The notes beneath the pieces are model-generated. The model did no database searches and had not been told where the DNA came from. It worked only from the letters and a program-made list of their open reading frames with translations. This document shows positions 1 through 27,800 of a stretch of DNA of 64,000 nucleotides, in pieces (position 1 is the first letter of the stretch; each line of letters opens with the position of its first letter). The translations under genes were made by a program, and so were the position numbers. The stretch is from Tubulanus polymorphus (Eukaryota > Animalia > Nemertea): assembly GCF_964204645.1 (NCBI RefSeq), contig NC_134026.1, positions 8,765,950 to 8,829,949 on the forward strand, given 5' to 3'.

Positions 1-781
1 AGGTAATAATGCCTGAAGTAAAAATGCCAGAGGTAAAAATGCCTGAGGAAATAATGCCAGAAGGGTAAATTGATTCAATGATTATAAGAAACGAGTGCAT
101 CAAAACTTATAAACTATTCATTGAATTGTTGCTTTGATGTTATGAATTACAGCCAACTAACTCGTCGAAAACTTTTTGATTTTAATTATCCTACCAATTA
201 TCATACCTAGAAATATGATTGAACTGTGCATTCAATATGAAAACTCTAAGCATTCATTTGTTAAAATTCATTAATTTAGAAATGTGTTATATATCATATT
301 CTATACTATGTTCGCCTTTTGAAATTAATTATATAAGAATATGTGCATTAATTTTTAATTTTAATTTTTAATTTCCAATGATCTGAAAATATGTTGTATC
401 TCAATACATGTATCATCTTGTGCAGATAAGAATATCAATAATTTCAATGAATTTCTTGCTTATGTCAGACTTTATTTTATAAATTTGTGATTCTCTTTAT
501 CTAATTAATTTGTCATTCATTTTTAATTTTTATTATCGAAGGAATATGTTTTGTATATCTTAACTGCGCATTCATTACGTAAAATCTAGTGTAAATAAGA
601 ATATCAGGTCCAATGTTAATAAATTCTTCGCTTAATTTTCCTCATATTTCCTTCTGGCATTTTTACCTCTGGCATTTTTACCTATGGTGTGATTTTTCCT
701 CAGGCATTTTTACCTCTGGCATTTTTACTTCTGGCATTATTACCTATGGCATTTTTACCTCTGGCATTATTACCTGGATTC
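1..781. mobile_element. Foldback-type non-autonomous element with inverted arrays of 15-bp subterminal repeats (left end cut by window edge)
   Basis: 1-65 = (AGGTAAAAATGCCAG)n variants; ~650-781 = reverse complement (CTGGCATTTTTACCT)n ending CCTGGATTC; very AT-rich spacer. Explains ORF 613..816 (SGIFT repeats). Confidence 0.8.
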
Positions 782-1179
782 TAGATTCTAGTCTTACGAA
801 AACCTTATTGTTTTAACCAAAGCCGTCATAAAAAGCTTAAAACACCAACTCGCTATTGAAGGGCATGGCATCGAAAACTCGTAAAAAGCTGTTACTATTT
901 TGAGTAAAATACCTATAGATTCTGAGACATTCAAATCATTAATTTCTGAGAGGTCGCGCTACGATTCGATCAAACAATGAAATATAAAGATTACCAAAAA
1001 TTACACACAAATGCCTGTATACCTATCTGGATTATTACGTAATCAGAGGGCCGACATCCACGTAAAGAATAACGATCGACATAATTTATCAATTTTGTCA
1101 TACGAATTTAGCAAATGAAGCTACGGAGCCACGGTTTTTACTTCCCGATTACGCTGATGCATAAGAAAAGAAAATTAAC

Positions 1180-4100
1180 CTGTCTGACTGGTTCCGGAAT
1201 GCGATGTTTGCAGCATTTTTCCACGAGCAACGTCGCAGTTTCGAGTGAGATTTTATGCCCCACGGACACATATATTGGATTAGTAGTAGATTCGCAGCTG
1301 CGCAGAGCCTGCAATTACAACAACAACAACACAAAAACCGTATAAAAGTCTGTTGGCAAAATCCACGCTCAAAGCACGTATACTTTTCGCTGTGTTTTTA
1401 ACGCTTCGATGAAATTCACGATAATGGTTCATGTAAGTATGACGTAGGCGAGACGAGAAGATACACAATATCCGTGTAAGATGATAACGAGAGAAATCCC
1501 ACAATAAATTCAATAACTTTCATGTTCCTTCTCTTTGTTTTCATCTGATAACCCCTTAGCTTGTCCCCACGTTTTAATCACTTTAGTTTGTGTCTTTTGT
1601 TTTTAAATTACTTTAATCTATATTGCCGCTAGTTCCCCTTTGCCTTCTTTACTATTGTTTTCCAGCTGTTATGTCATTACTTTAATCTATTCCCCTTTCA
1701 ACATTCTAATCACTCACTCTATTTCTATGGTTTTGGTTTTGTATAAATATCTTGTAATATTCTCCTGTTCTCAGTACGCAATAGTCCTTACCGAAGTCTT
1801 AAATATTCTTAGGCCGAAATGTGTATATATATATATATACTCTTCTATTCAAGTTTCTCGTTTTGGCTGAATTTATTGTGGGATTTCTCTCGTTATGACG
1901 TAGGTGTTTCAGAATTGTCGTGAAGTTTTGCGCAGAAATTACAAGGTTCACAATAACATAAAAACTTGCCATTCCGAGAACTCTTCCTGAATCGCTGACT
2001 AAACGAAATGTGTCGCCACCTTTTTCCATTTTCTGGATCTAAAAAAAATGCAGTAGTACACCAGTAGTTACGTTCTATCAATGGACGTATAAACCTAACT
2101 CTAGTTTATATGTCTAAGTTCAATTTAGTATCAAATACGAGAATCTTTGTCTTCAAAGGGTCCGGAGTTTTCAGTTTGTTAAGTCCCTAACTTGTCGGCG
2201 ATTACAATATCTATCGTATCGTCATAAAGGAACCTCGTAACAATCATCCTCCCTGATGGCATCGCTACACTCAGCCACGGCACGAACCCCTGCCACAGTA
2301 GACTGGGTGCGCAGGTACATGCGCAGCTTTGCCTCACGAAAACTTGCGGCACCAATCAAATTGCTCGTTGTATAATCGATGAGGTATGTTTCACGGAAGA
2401 ACTATAAATGGGAAAACCCGGGCTAAAATGAAACGGGATATCTGATTGGCTAATAATGACATCATCTTAGCTGCGCATGAAGGTGCGCACTCGGTCTCGT
2501 GTGGCAGTGTATCGAACCGTGGCAATCTCGATGCCATCAGGTTCGAATCCCTGCCAGGGGAGGATGCGTAACAATGAGCCTCAGTGCTTCGGAAAATCGG
2601 TTAGGTAACACATATTTTCCATCCGCGCGAGATAATTCATAATTTTCCCATTTGATTCATAGTAAATTCAGTCCCATTTTATGTTCATTCTTTCTCAATT
2701 GAAATGTAAATATCACGTGTTATAAGTTTATAATCTATAAATCGATAATTAAAAAAACAGATCGTACATAAGTACGCGACATATCTAGGATATCCTCCAG
2801 TCGGTCTATTTAACAGGCCCATATACCGTGGGAAGTTTTGCATTTATTTCCAATCATTTTCATTTAAAAAACATCATTAAGCTGAATGGTATTTCAACAA
2901 TTTCAACATCGTTCATGTTTTTTTTTAAATTCGAACTATTCACACCTTCGTTATATCAACGTGAATCGCCCAGACGCCATATCTTCGGAATCAAATTTTC
3001 AAATTCATTTTCGGAGAGGGCCGCCAAACACCCATTAAGTTCCAACCAAGTTCAAACGGACCCAACCACTGATTTCCTCACGCTACGGGCCCGTAACATT
3101 TCTTTTATCACTACGGTCACGCACAGTTTTCCTACAATTACACACCTTCGACATATGTTCGGCATTTTTTTCGAGTCCACCCACATGGAAAAGCGCCTTG
3201 CCTACACCGATGCATGGAATGTCAATGAGGACACCGAGATGGCACGCTAGACCGAACTCTGAAAAAAATTGTAATCAACGAGAAGGGAAAAAAATATTAG
3301 CGCGTTAGAAAAATTATTGACGAAGGCGTGCGCGTTTGAAAATCGATTATTCATTGCGAAGAAATGTGAAACACGACGAAAAAATATATAGAGAAACCCA
3401 CGACAATAACAGAAATATTAAGTCCCAAAACGTTTTCTCAAGATAGAATTTAACATTTCGACTATATGCTAGGTGTCATCTTCCGGAACAATGAGTTACA
3501 ACAGAAATTATGAAATCAATTTGTTCCAGATTTGAAAATTTCTGTTTTGATGACTATTAGAATAAACATATAAGACCTTTATAATGCCGCTGTTGGGACC
3601 AATGGAAAACTAGGCGTTATAACGAAATTAGCGTTATAAACAATGGCATTTTCATTGGATTGGAGTTAAATCGGGCAAATTTGTTCTCTGAAAATATTGG
3701 CGTTAAGCAGTGGCATTATATGACGGACATTGACTGTAGTCGAAACGTCGAAACTACTAGCTCGAGGAAACAGTTCTCATCCGATCACCGAAGTTATGCA
3801 ACGTCGGGCCCGGTTAGTACTTGGATGGGTGACCGCCTGGGAATACCGGGTTCTGTACACTTTAAATTCTCTATTACTAGTGTCTTCATATAAACATGTC
3901 ATGTCTCATTTCACCCAACTCGTGTAGTATCATATTAATCATTTCTTTGTTTTTTCGGGTATAGTCACCACTTGGCTTGGTAAATGATTTTAACTCGGCA
4001 TTTATATTGTCGAGTTTTAATAATATAATAATAAAAAAACATTTTTAGACATTATATCTGTTCTCGTAATTGTTGGATACGCGCTCGCATTCCGATCGAA

Positions 4101-6704
4101 AGCGCAACAATGTTAAAAATCGCTTCCGAAAATGTTTGATAGTTTACATTATGTGAAGATTATCGGCAGCGAAAGAACAGAAAATCGATGTTTGTTTACA
4201 ATGTTGCGATTTATTCCCGAGCTATATTCGTCTGCGAAACACGGCGCAACTAATGGATTAAGAATGCTGCGAACCTTTCGGATGGAGCAGCCCGTTTCCA
4301 TCGACAAGCACGACGTCAGGCACGTATTGCGGTTTCATTCGCTTCAATCGATTCACTTCGTCGACCAGGAAATTCACTTCGCGAAACGCTAGAAATCCAG
4401 GTATGTACGGAGCCGTCAGCTTCACCGGGCTACAATTGCTATACACCTCCTGAACGACAAAATAATACAAACGCCATTCAAAATCTAGGGCCCGGTTATA
4501 TAGTTTTATGTATTAACTTTAACCTGGGGGCTACCATAATTTATAATTTCCAATTGAGTTTTATAGACTATGTATTAACTTAAAGCAGGGGGCTACCATA
4601 ATTTATGATTTCCATTTGAGTTATATAGACTATGTATTAACTTTAACCTGGGGGCCGCCATCATTCATTTCCAACTGAGTTAATCCCTGGTTTAAAGATA
4701 GATAATACCGGTCTATAAAACTGGGCTTAGGATTTTACATATATCAGGCTCTCAGAGACAGTGCCATAGATAGCACTTTTAGGAATGATAATGCATTAAC
4801 GCGTAGGCTAATCATTGATCTGGTAATTACCGAATTTCATATTGAAATTTCTCTATTTCATGTATTTTCTTCGAATGAGAAATATCTAAACCATTAGCCC
4901 CGAGTTGAATGGACATCCAAACAGTCAGGCCCATGCCGAGTGGAGTTTCGAAGTATTGAAAGAGCCCTCTCAAATTTTCAAAGCGCCTTTCAAATCAGTA
5001 TCAGAAAATTTGGATCAAGATTTTTCGTAATTTGGATACAATTTTCATGTTTTTTGAGGGGGGAATGAAAGCAATCCATTCTCAAATGATTTATTTAAGT
5101 ATCCGGGCACTTCATATTTTAGATCTGTCCTTTTCGATAAAAATTGACCTTTTTCACAGAGGAAAAAGCCCCCTTTTTCTTGAAATAGAACTGCCCACCA
5201 AAAAAAGCTTGGCATGGGTCTGACAGTCGTCGTTCCGCGCAGAGTCCATTTAGAAATGCCACAATATGTAGATTCGACAATTAGAATTTGTTAACCTGAC
5301 ATTTCGCAAAGATTTCTTCTTTCAATTTTCAGATTTATTCAAAATAACTGGACAGTTAAATAGTACGGCATCAAAAATTAAATACTCAATGCCTTTAAAA
5401 ACTCACTTGTAAGTCGGGATACCCGAGAACGACTAGACAGGCACAAGCTGTGACATTATCACCTTTTACAAATGACAAATCAACTCCTGCTACATACTTC
5501 AAATTCGTCATCGCTGACGAATCCGTCAGCTGCTTTTGCCAGGGATACACATCTTCCACGATCAGTTTAGTTTTAAGACTATCTTGTTCCCTGAATGTTT
5601 AAAGATTAAGAGCTTTTATTCGCAGATTTCAGTCGACATCGTATACGAAAATCCACTTCAAAAAAATCTTGAATAGTTCATAAATTCATTTGATTCAAAC
5701 CAGAACCCGGAGTTGTACAACAATGAGTCAGATAGAGTCAACAGCTATGTTGTATGCTCATCCGGGGTCAAGTTTCATAAAACTTTTCAGGGGCGGATCC
5801 AGTCCCAAATCCAGGGGGTAACACTTATCCAAAGGGCACATGAGTTTTAAACTTATCAGAATTCTTTCCAGGATGAACACATCCATTAAAGGACATTTGA
5901 GCCTGCCCTTTTTAAAATATTTGACAATTGAATCGTGGCCCTTAAAGGCATTTTTAGCAAAACTTAAGAATTTTCTGAATTTTTGGAAATCATTTCTGCC
6001 CTTTTAGGATTTTTAAAACTATCTTTGATGATCGATGAATTGCCCTTCTTTTAAATTTCAGTGGAAACCACAATTCAATTATTTTTTTTAATTCACTCAT
6101 CCTCTTGGAAGTGCTTTTATTGTAGTAAACACAAATTTTTCCAAATGCAGACATGCGCAGAGATGTCATGTTTTACGACAACACTCCTACAGGTAGGGCC
6201 TAATTCACAGACATCGCCAGACTTTTGGGGGTGGTGCAGTGGACGGTATTTTCGCTGATACATTTTTAAGGGCACTAGAAAAAGTTAAGGGGTCCCAAGT
6301 GCTGTGGGTGCAACCCCCTGTCCCCTGCTTATTCCCAATTAATTTCAAACGCTGAGTTCACTTGGGAATGAGAAGGTTATCATATTATAAGGGCTGGCTT
6401 GTTTAAGTTTCGTGATGACTGGGCCAGAAATTCAAATCTAGGCGTAGCATTAGTCTGAATACCAGTCGTTGTTACCGGTTCCCTACAACGTGGAACGACG
6501 GCTAGGTACTAGACTAGGCCTAGCATAAAACGCGATCTATGTAAGAGAGAAAGCTATAAAACTACGTTAACACCAACGATCAGGCTGCCATCTATCACTT
6601 TAAAAACTCGTTTCGAGAACAAAGTTTACTTACTGTTCCCATTGGCAACGAACATTCTCATCAACTTCAATATCATTTTTATCCGGATTCGCCTTGTCAA
6701 CCAT
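1180..6704 (-). CDS. ENDOV: Endonuclease V (inosine-specific nuclease); 3' end lies beyond window start
   Basis: Exons (-): 6704-6634, 5590-5407, 4449-4275, 3258-3146, 2038-1970, 1308-1180; frame is continuous. Motifs GVDLSFVKGD, TAPYIPGFLAFRE, LVDGNGLLHP, FGLACHLGV, PIYVSVGHKISL, RIPEPVRQ. In-frame TGA just upstream of the ATG at 6704. Confidence 0.96.
1309..1969 (-). other. GC-AG intron (ENDOV intron 5)
   Basis: Donor ATG|GCAAGT, acceptor TTGCAG|GCT; gives ...RVLGM|ALRSCE..., matching the conserved EndoV LGM-ALRS junction. Confidence 0.9.
1449..1896 (+). mobile_element. Penelope-like element 3' remnant with 5' inversion
   Basis: Perfect 29-bp inverted repeat 1484-1512 / 1868-1896 (ATAACGAGAGAAATCCCACAATAAATTCA); 11-bp direct repeat TATGACGTAGG at 1438-1448 and 1894-1904; decayed hammerhead-like stem + CGAAA at ~1787-1820. 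Family assignment is inference. Confidence 0.6.
2245..2566. mobile_element. MITE with long imperfect TIRs and 9-bp TSD (Mutator-like)
   Basis: Termini CATCCTCCC...GGGAGGATG, ~85-bp imperfect TIRs; perfect TSD CGTAACAAT at 2236-2244 and 2567-2575. Confidence 0.88.
3565..3736. mobile_element. Tc1/pogo (Tigger-like) MITE, decayed left end
   Basis: Ends ...TTGACTG|TA; interior is the reverse complement of the copy at ~32475-32648 (shared GGGCAAATTTGTTCTCTGAAA, GGCGTTATA motifs). Confidence 0.7.
3771..3863 (+). pseudogene. 5'-truncated 5S rRNA copy (about nt 29-120)
   Basis: CAGTTCTCATCCGATCACCGAAGTTATGCAACGTCGGGCCCGGTTAGTACTTGGATGGGTGACCGCCTGGGAATACCGGGTTCTGTACACTTT matches invertebrate 5S rRNA including box A and box C; the first ~28 nt are missing; solitary, inside ENDOV intron 3. 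Confidence 0.93.
4488..4728. mobile_element. PIF/Harbinger-like MITE with internal ~60-bp unit repeated three times
   Basis: Termini GGGCCCGGTTATATAG / CTATAAAACTGGGC; unit TATGTATTAACTTTAACCTGGGGGCTACCATAATT.. x3; single-unit relative at ~58012-58125. Confidence 0.7.
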
Positions 6705-7574
6705 GTTGGGTATTCACTTCACCAAGAATCTTAGTGTCTGATGTACCACAGGTTACACTAGGATCGTAGAGCGACGGAGATCACTGGTGGAGACAACCAC
6801 TGCCAGTGCTGGGTGAAGGTATTCACGTACTGCCGCTTTCACAATCACAAGACATTTAGTCAGTTACACTTGAGAGACGTGCACTTTAAGAATCGATGTA
6901 GGCCCCTAGACAATCTGGGCCTGGCTTCTCTGACTGAGAAAGACGACGAGTGCCGCGGACTCGGGCAGACAGAGTGTCGGCGACATCGATCGCTTTCAAC
7001 GTATCAAAAAGGGTTCAAACTGAATCTCCTGGTTCTTTCCACATCGACTCAACATTCCTCAGAATGATGTTTTTTTATGTTGACAATGTCAGATCGCGTT
7101 AAACTAGCAGAGTTAGTCAACCGAGACGAACGCGTTAACAGCGGCCGTCAACGCCGTCAACAGCTGTTTAGTGTTTGGCTCAACGACCTTGAGTTTGGCG
7201 CAGCGGTCGTACCACCGATTGTAGCCACAGAAATGGATGATGTGGTTAATGTTATAATTGGAGAGAGAGTACTCGGAAATACAAAGAACCAAATATGATC
7301 GCTCGATTAGCGTCATAAACATTATCTGTCTCTTTATATTTTCACGGGATACGAACACGACTCCCTGAGCCAACAAACTCCCGAGGACTGCAATTAACCC
7401 CTACCTAGGCGCTGGGATGCCGCCATTTCTGGTTGTTACGTTTTCGATCGCTGAAAAAAATTGATCGTTTCTGCAAAAACGATGCGCAATGCGTGCCGTG
7501 ATTTTTTAGTCCCTCGTTTTAAGAGATTCTCGAAGTTTTTCTGATTCCGTTGCGCGAGAATTTAGGGCCAGATA
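6705..7574. promoter_or_regulatory. Head-to-head (bidirectional) promoter / 5' leader interval of ENDOV and SMC3
   Basis: Start codons diverge 870 bp apart; CpG-rich relative to flanks; YY1-type motif AAATGGCGGC on - strand at 7419-7428; no recognisable repeat. Confidence 0.7.
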
Positions 7575-24889
<17,315 letters not shown>

Positions 24890-27800
24890 GAAATCTCTCT
24901 CGACTCGCGCACGCAGCTTCCATCGCAAACAATCAAAAAGTTGTTAACCTGGAAAGCGTTGTACGATTGAAATGTATACATGATTTGTTTGTCTTTTCAT
25001 GATTTAAACGTTCAAACTGTTTGTAAAGAATTCGTTGTGCGTTGATGTTTTTAACTGGATGCGTTTGTTGCGTCCTGTTTTCTAATGTATGTGTACAAAA
25101 CATAGTTCGTGCCTTTATTTAGTTACGTTTTATATACATTGTGAAGAATTGAAAAGAAATTTGTTCTTGAATTATGTCTCTCTTTCTTCAAGATTGTTTG
25201 TTTTTTATATGATCTATTTCTTGATTATCGATATATATCATTGTTAGATTGTATTTGTGTAATTTTTTATGGCTTTTCCAACTTGTAGGAATTAGTTCAA
25301 GTACCCCCATTGAGTCGGGCTCCTATTTATTTTCCAAAACGAATAGATTCGTACGACCTAAGCGAAATTTGATTTGGTCAGATTCGTTGAATGCGAACAA
25401 TATCGGGGAACTCATTTCTTGGAATCCTTTTCCGTCGACAGTTATCCATATCTGCCGCAAAAATAAAGTTTTGATCAAACCGATGTCATCTTAAGTTGAT
25501 ACTAGATGTGATATTCTTTGTATTGCTAGGCGGGATCCAATTGGCCTACAACTAACCTAGTGAATTGAGACAAATCAAGGCTAGGTTCCGTAGTCGTTCA
25601 GCGAGAGGGGGGCATTGAATATGTTAATCGTAAGAAGTGTCCTGGACCCCCTAGTCCATCATTGCAGATACTTGATCGGCATTCACTTTCGACAGCATAG
25701 ATAGGACCAGGCCATAGAATATATTTTCGATCGTCGAAGTCACGATAATGTAAATACGTATCGCGCACGCTACCACATTGAGTCTCATAGTAAATACATA
25801 TATTTATAGCGTATGTAAAATCTTGTAAATATTCCATTTTCATCAATTCGTTGTTCGTGGTAAAATAAAATGTTCCTGCGTTTCACTTACTGCATTTATG
25901 ATAAGCTTCCGTGATGTACTATACTGGGTCGAGTTCCACAGTTCTGAGTTAAGATTCGACCCTGGGTTAAAACATTGAAAATGAACTAACTTTAACTCAA
26001 GAGTTGACAACTGTGGAACTGGGGCCTGGTGACTAGTTATAGTACTGCTGGGGTTCTAGAGATAAAATAAATTTATATACCGTACATAGCTGATGACGAA
26101 TATAATATTCAATATTATAATTATGTCAAACTACGTGTATTGTCTTGGGATTTGTGTATTAGTAGTTGTGGAAAAAATAAATATACCTTTCTATGTTATA
26201 CACTAGTCTTGATTTATATATTATTTGTTTTGCTTATTGGTGTCCGCTATTTTGTCTGGTTCATTATCTTCCCATGTCCACCATTGCTATGGGTCCTGGA
26301 CGTCTGAACGTTAAAATAAAAGACAACAAAATGGTGGCACATTCAGTCGTCCATCAATTCCGAAAATAAAAACAAGAAACATCACTTTATCAATCCAAAA
26401 GTAGAAAAGGGCACATTTTTATTTTCTAGATTCATGTAGCAATTTGCATCAGGACTTAATTTATTGCTTGTAAATCACCAAGCAGTAAATTCCAAACATA
26501 TTCCGGGGAGGACTCCCACACCGAGAAACTAGCCCAGAGGATTTTATCGGTACAGGTACATGGGCCATGCCCTGAAACGAGTTAGTCTCAGATATCACTA
26601 AAAGCTCTCGATTATTAAATAGTTTAGGTGACGTATCTATGTGCGCATTCAAACTTACAAGGGGTTGATACCTTCCGTAAGTACAGTGAGGCCGTTTGGC
26701 CCTTTTTAATATCTTCTGGTACCCCTCCTTATGGAAATATAAACTGCCTAATGCCTATTACGTTGAACCATGACTTCATTTTATAGTCCATGGTTGAACT
26801 TGTGTGCCTGAAAGTAACAAGATATATAGTTCATAAATGTCAGACCGAGATCAGTGCAGTTTGAAAGTACTTTGGCACCGTCCTAACAAATTTGACTGAA
26901 CATTGAATGACGTTAGATCTTGTTTCATATTACCACTATGCTAGTATTCCTGTGAATTTACTCTTATCTGCATTGTTGATTTTTTCTGTAATATTTCGAT
27001 TGTAAAATCTAGAGTCAACCGCATTGCATTAAGTATTTTCAGGTAGAAACGTCTGTCAGACAAACATTTTCAGTTATGTGGATATGAAATATGAAACATG
27101 GATATGAAATATTTTGGGAATGGTCTCTGGGTATGTGGTGGCTGATAAAGGCCATGAAAATAGTTAAGGGTATCTTGATCAGCACAAAATAATCGGAATG
27201 AGTAGATTTGGAAACTGTACATACTAAATCATAGGTGCAAATATTTGAAAAGTATAAATCACTTGTGAATTATAACGCATTTGTACTGAAATACTTATCG
27301 ATAATTTATCATTGATACATTATCGGCTGTGGCCTTTGACACAGTCTGGTATAGGTCAAGACGTTTGGTAGAATAATGCCGCTTATTCAACGCCTACGTC
27401 TGATAACGGCTAGTTTGATGTGTCGGCGGCGCGATTCATTGATAAATATTTCTCTAACAGCTCATTTCTTCACGTGTGTCCATTAATCATCCGCGCATCT
27501 CTATATCATGTGATAGATAAACGACGAGTTTTTTGTACCTCATTGACACTGCTAATGATCGATTTGGTGTGAATATCACGAATAGGTTATCAGTGTTTGC
27601 ACACCTTGGGTCGCGACCTGTCGTCAATGCCTACCATTAACTACGCTATCGTTTAGTTGGTAAACGTTTGGCCCGATAAAGTCCAAAAGCAACGGACAAA
27701 ATAAATCTATCAACCATTCACGGTGTTCGTTTCTATGTATATTTTGTGTATACTCTATCGTATCTATTTAAACAACGTACGGGCCTTGATTAATAGGGGC

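Noticed and set aside
650-781. CRISPR-like array
   Set aside because: Head-to-tail 15-bp units without unique spacers, eukaryotic context, no cas genes.
3771-3863. Functional 5S rRNA gene
   Set aside because: First ~28 nt absent so stem I cannot form; substitutions near box A and 3' end; solitary copy.
3660-3927. ORFs 3660..3893 and 3730..3927
   Set aside because: Translations of the MITE / 5S rRNA fragment; not protein-coding.
7077-7376. ORFs 7077..7298 (+) and 7113..7376 (-) as genes
   Set aside because: No recognisable domain; they overlap antisense and coincide with RNA stems. The - strand one is at most a uORF.
6720-7430. Telomerase RNA, 7SK, U3 or RNase P/MRP as identity of the structured region
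   Set aside because: No CTAACCCT template, no recognisable P6.1 loop, CR-I/CR-V or U3 boxes by eye; only a covariance search can exclude these formally.
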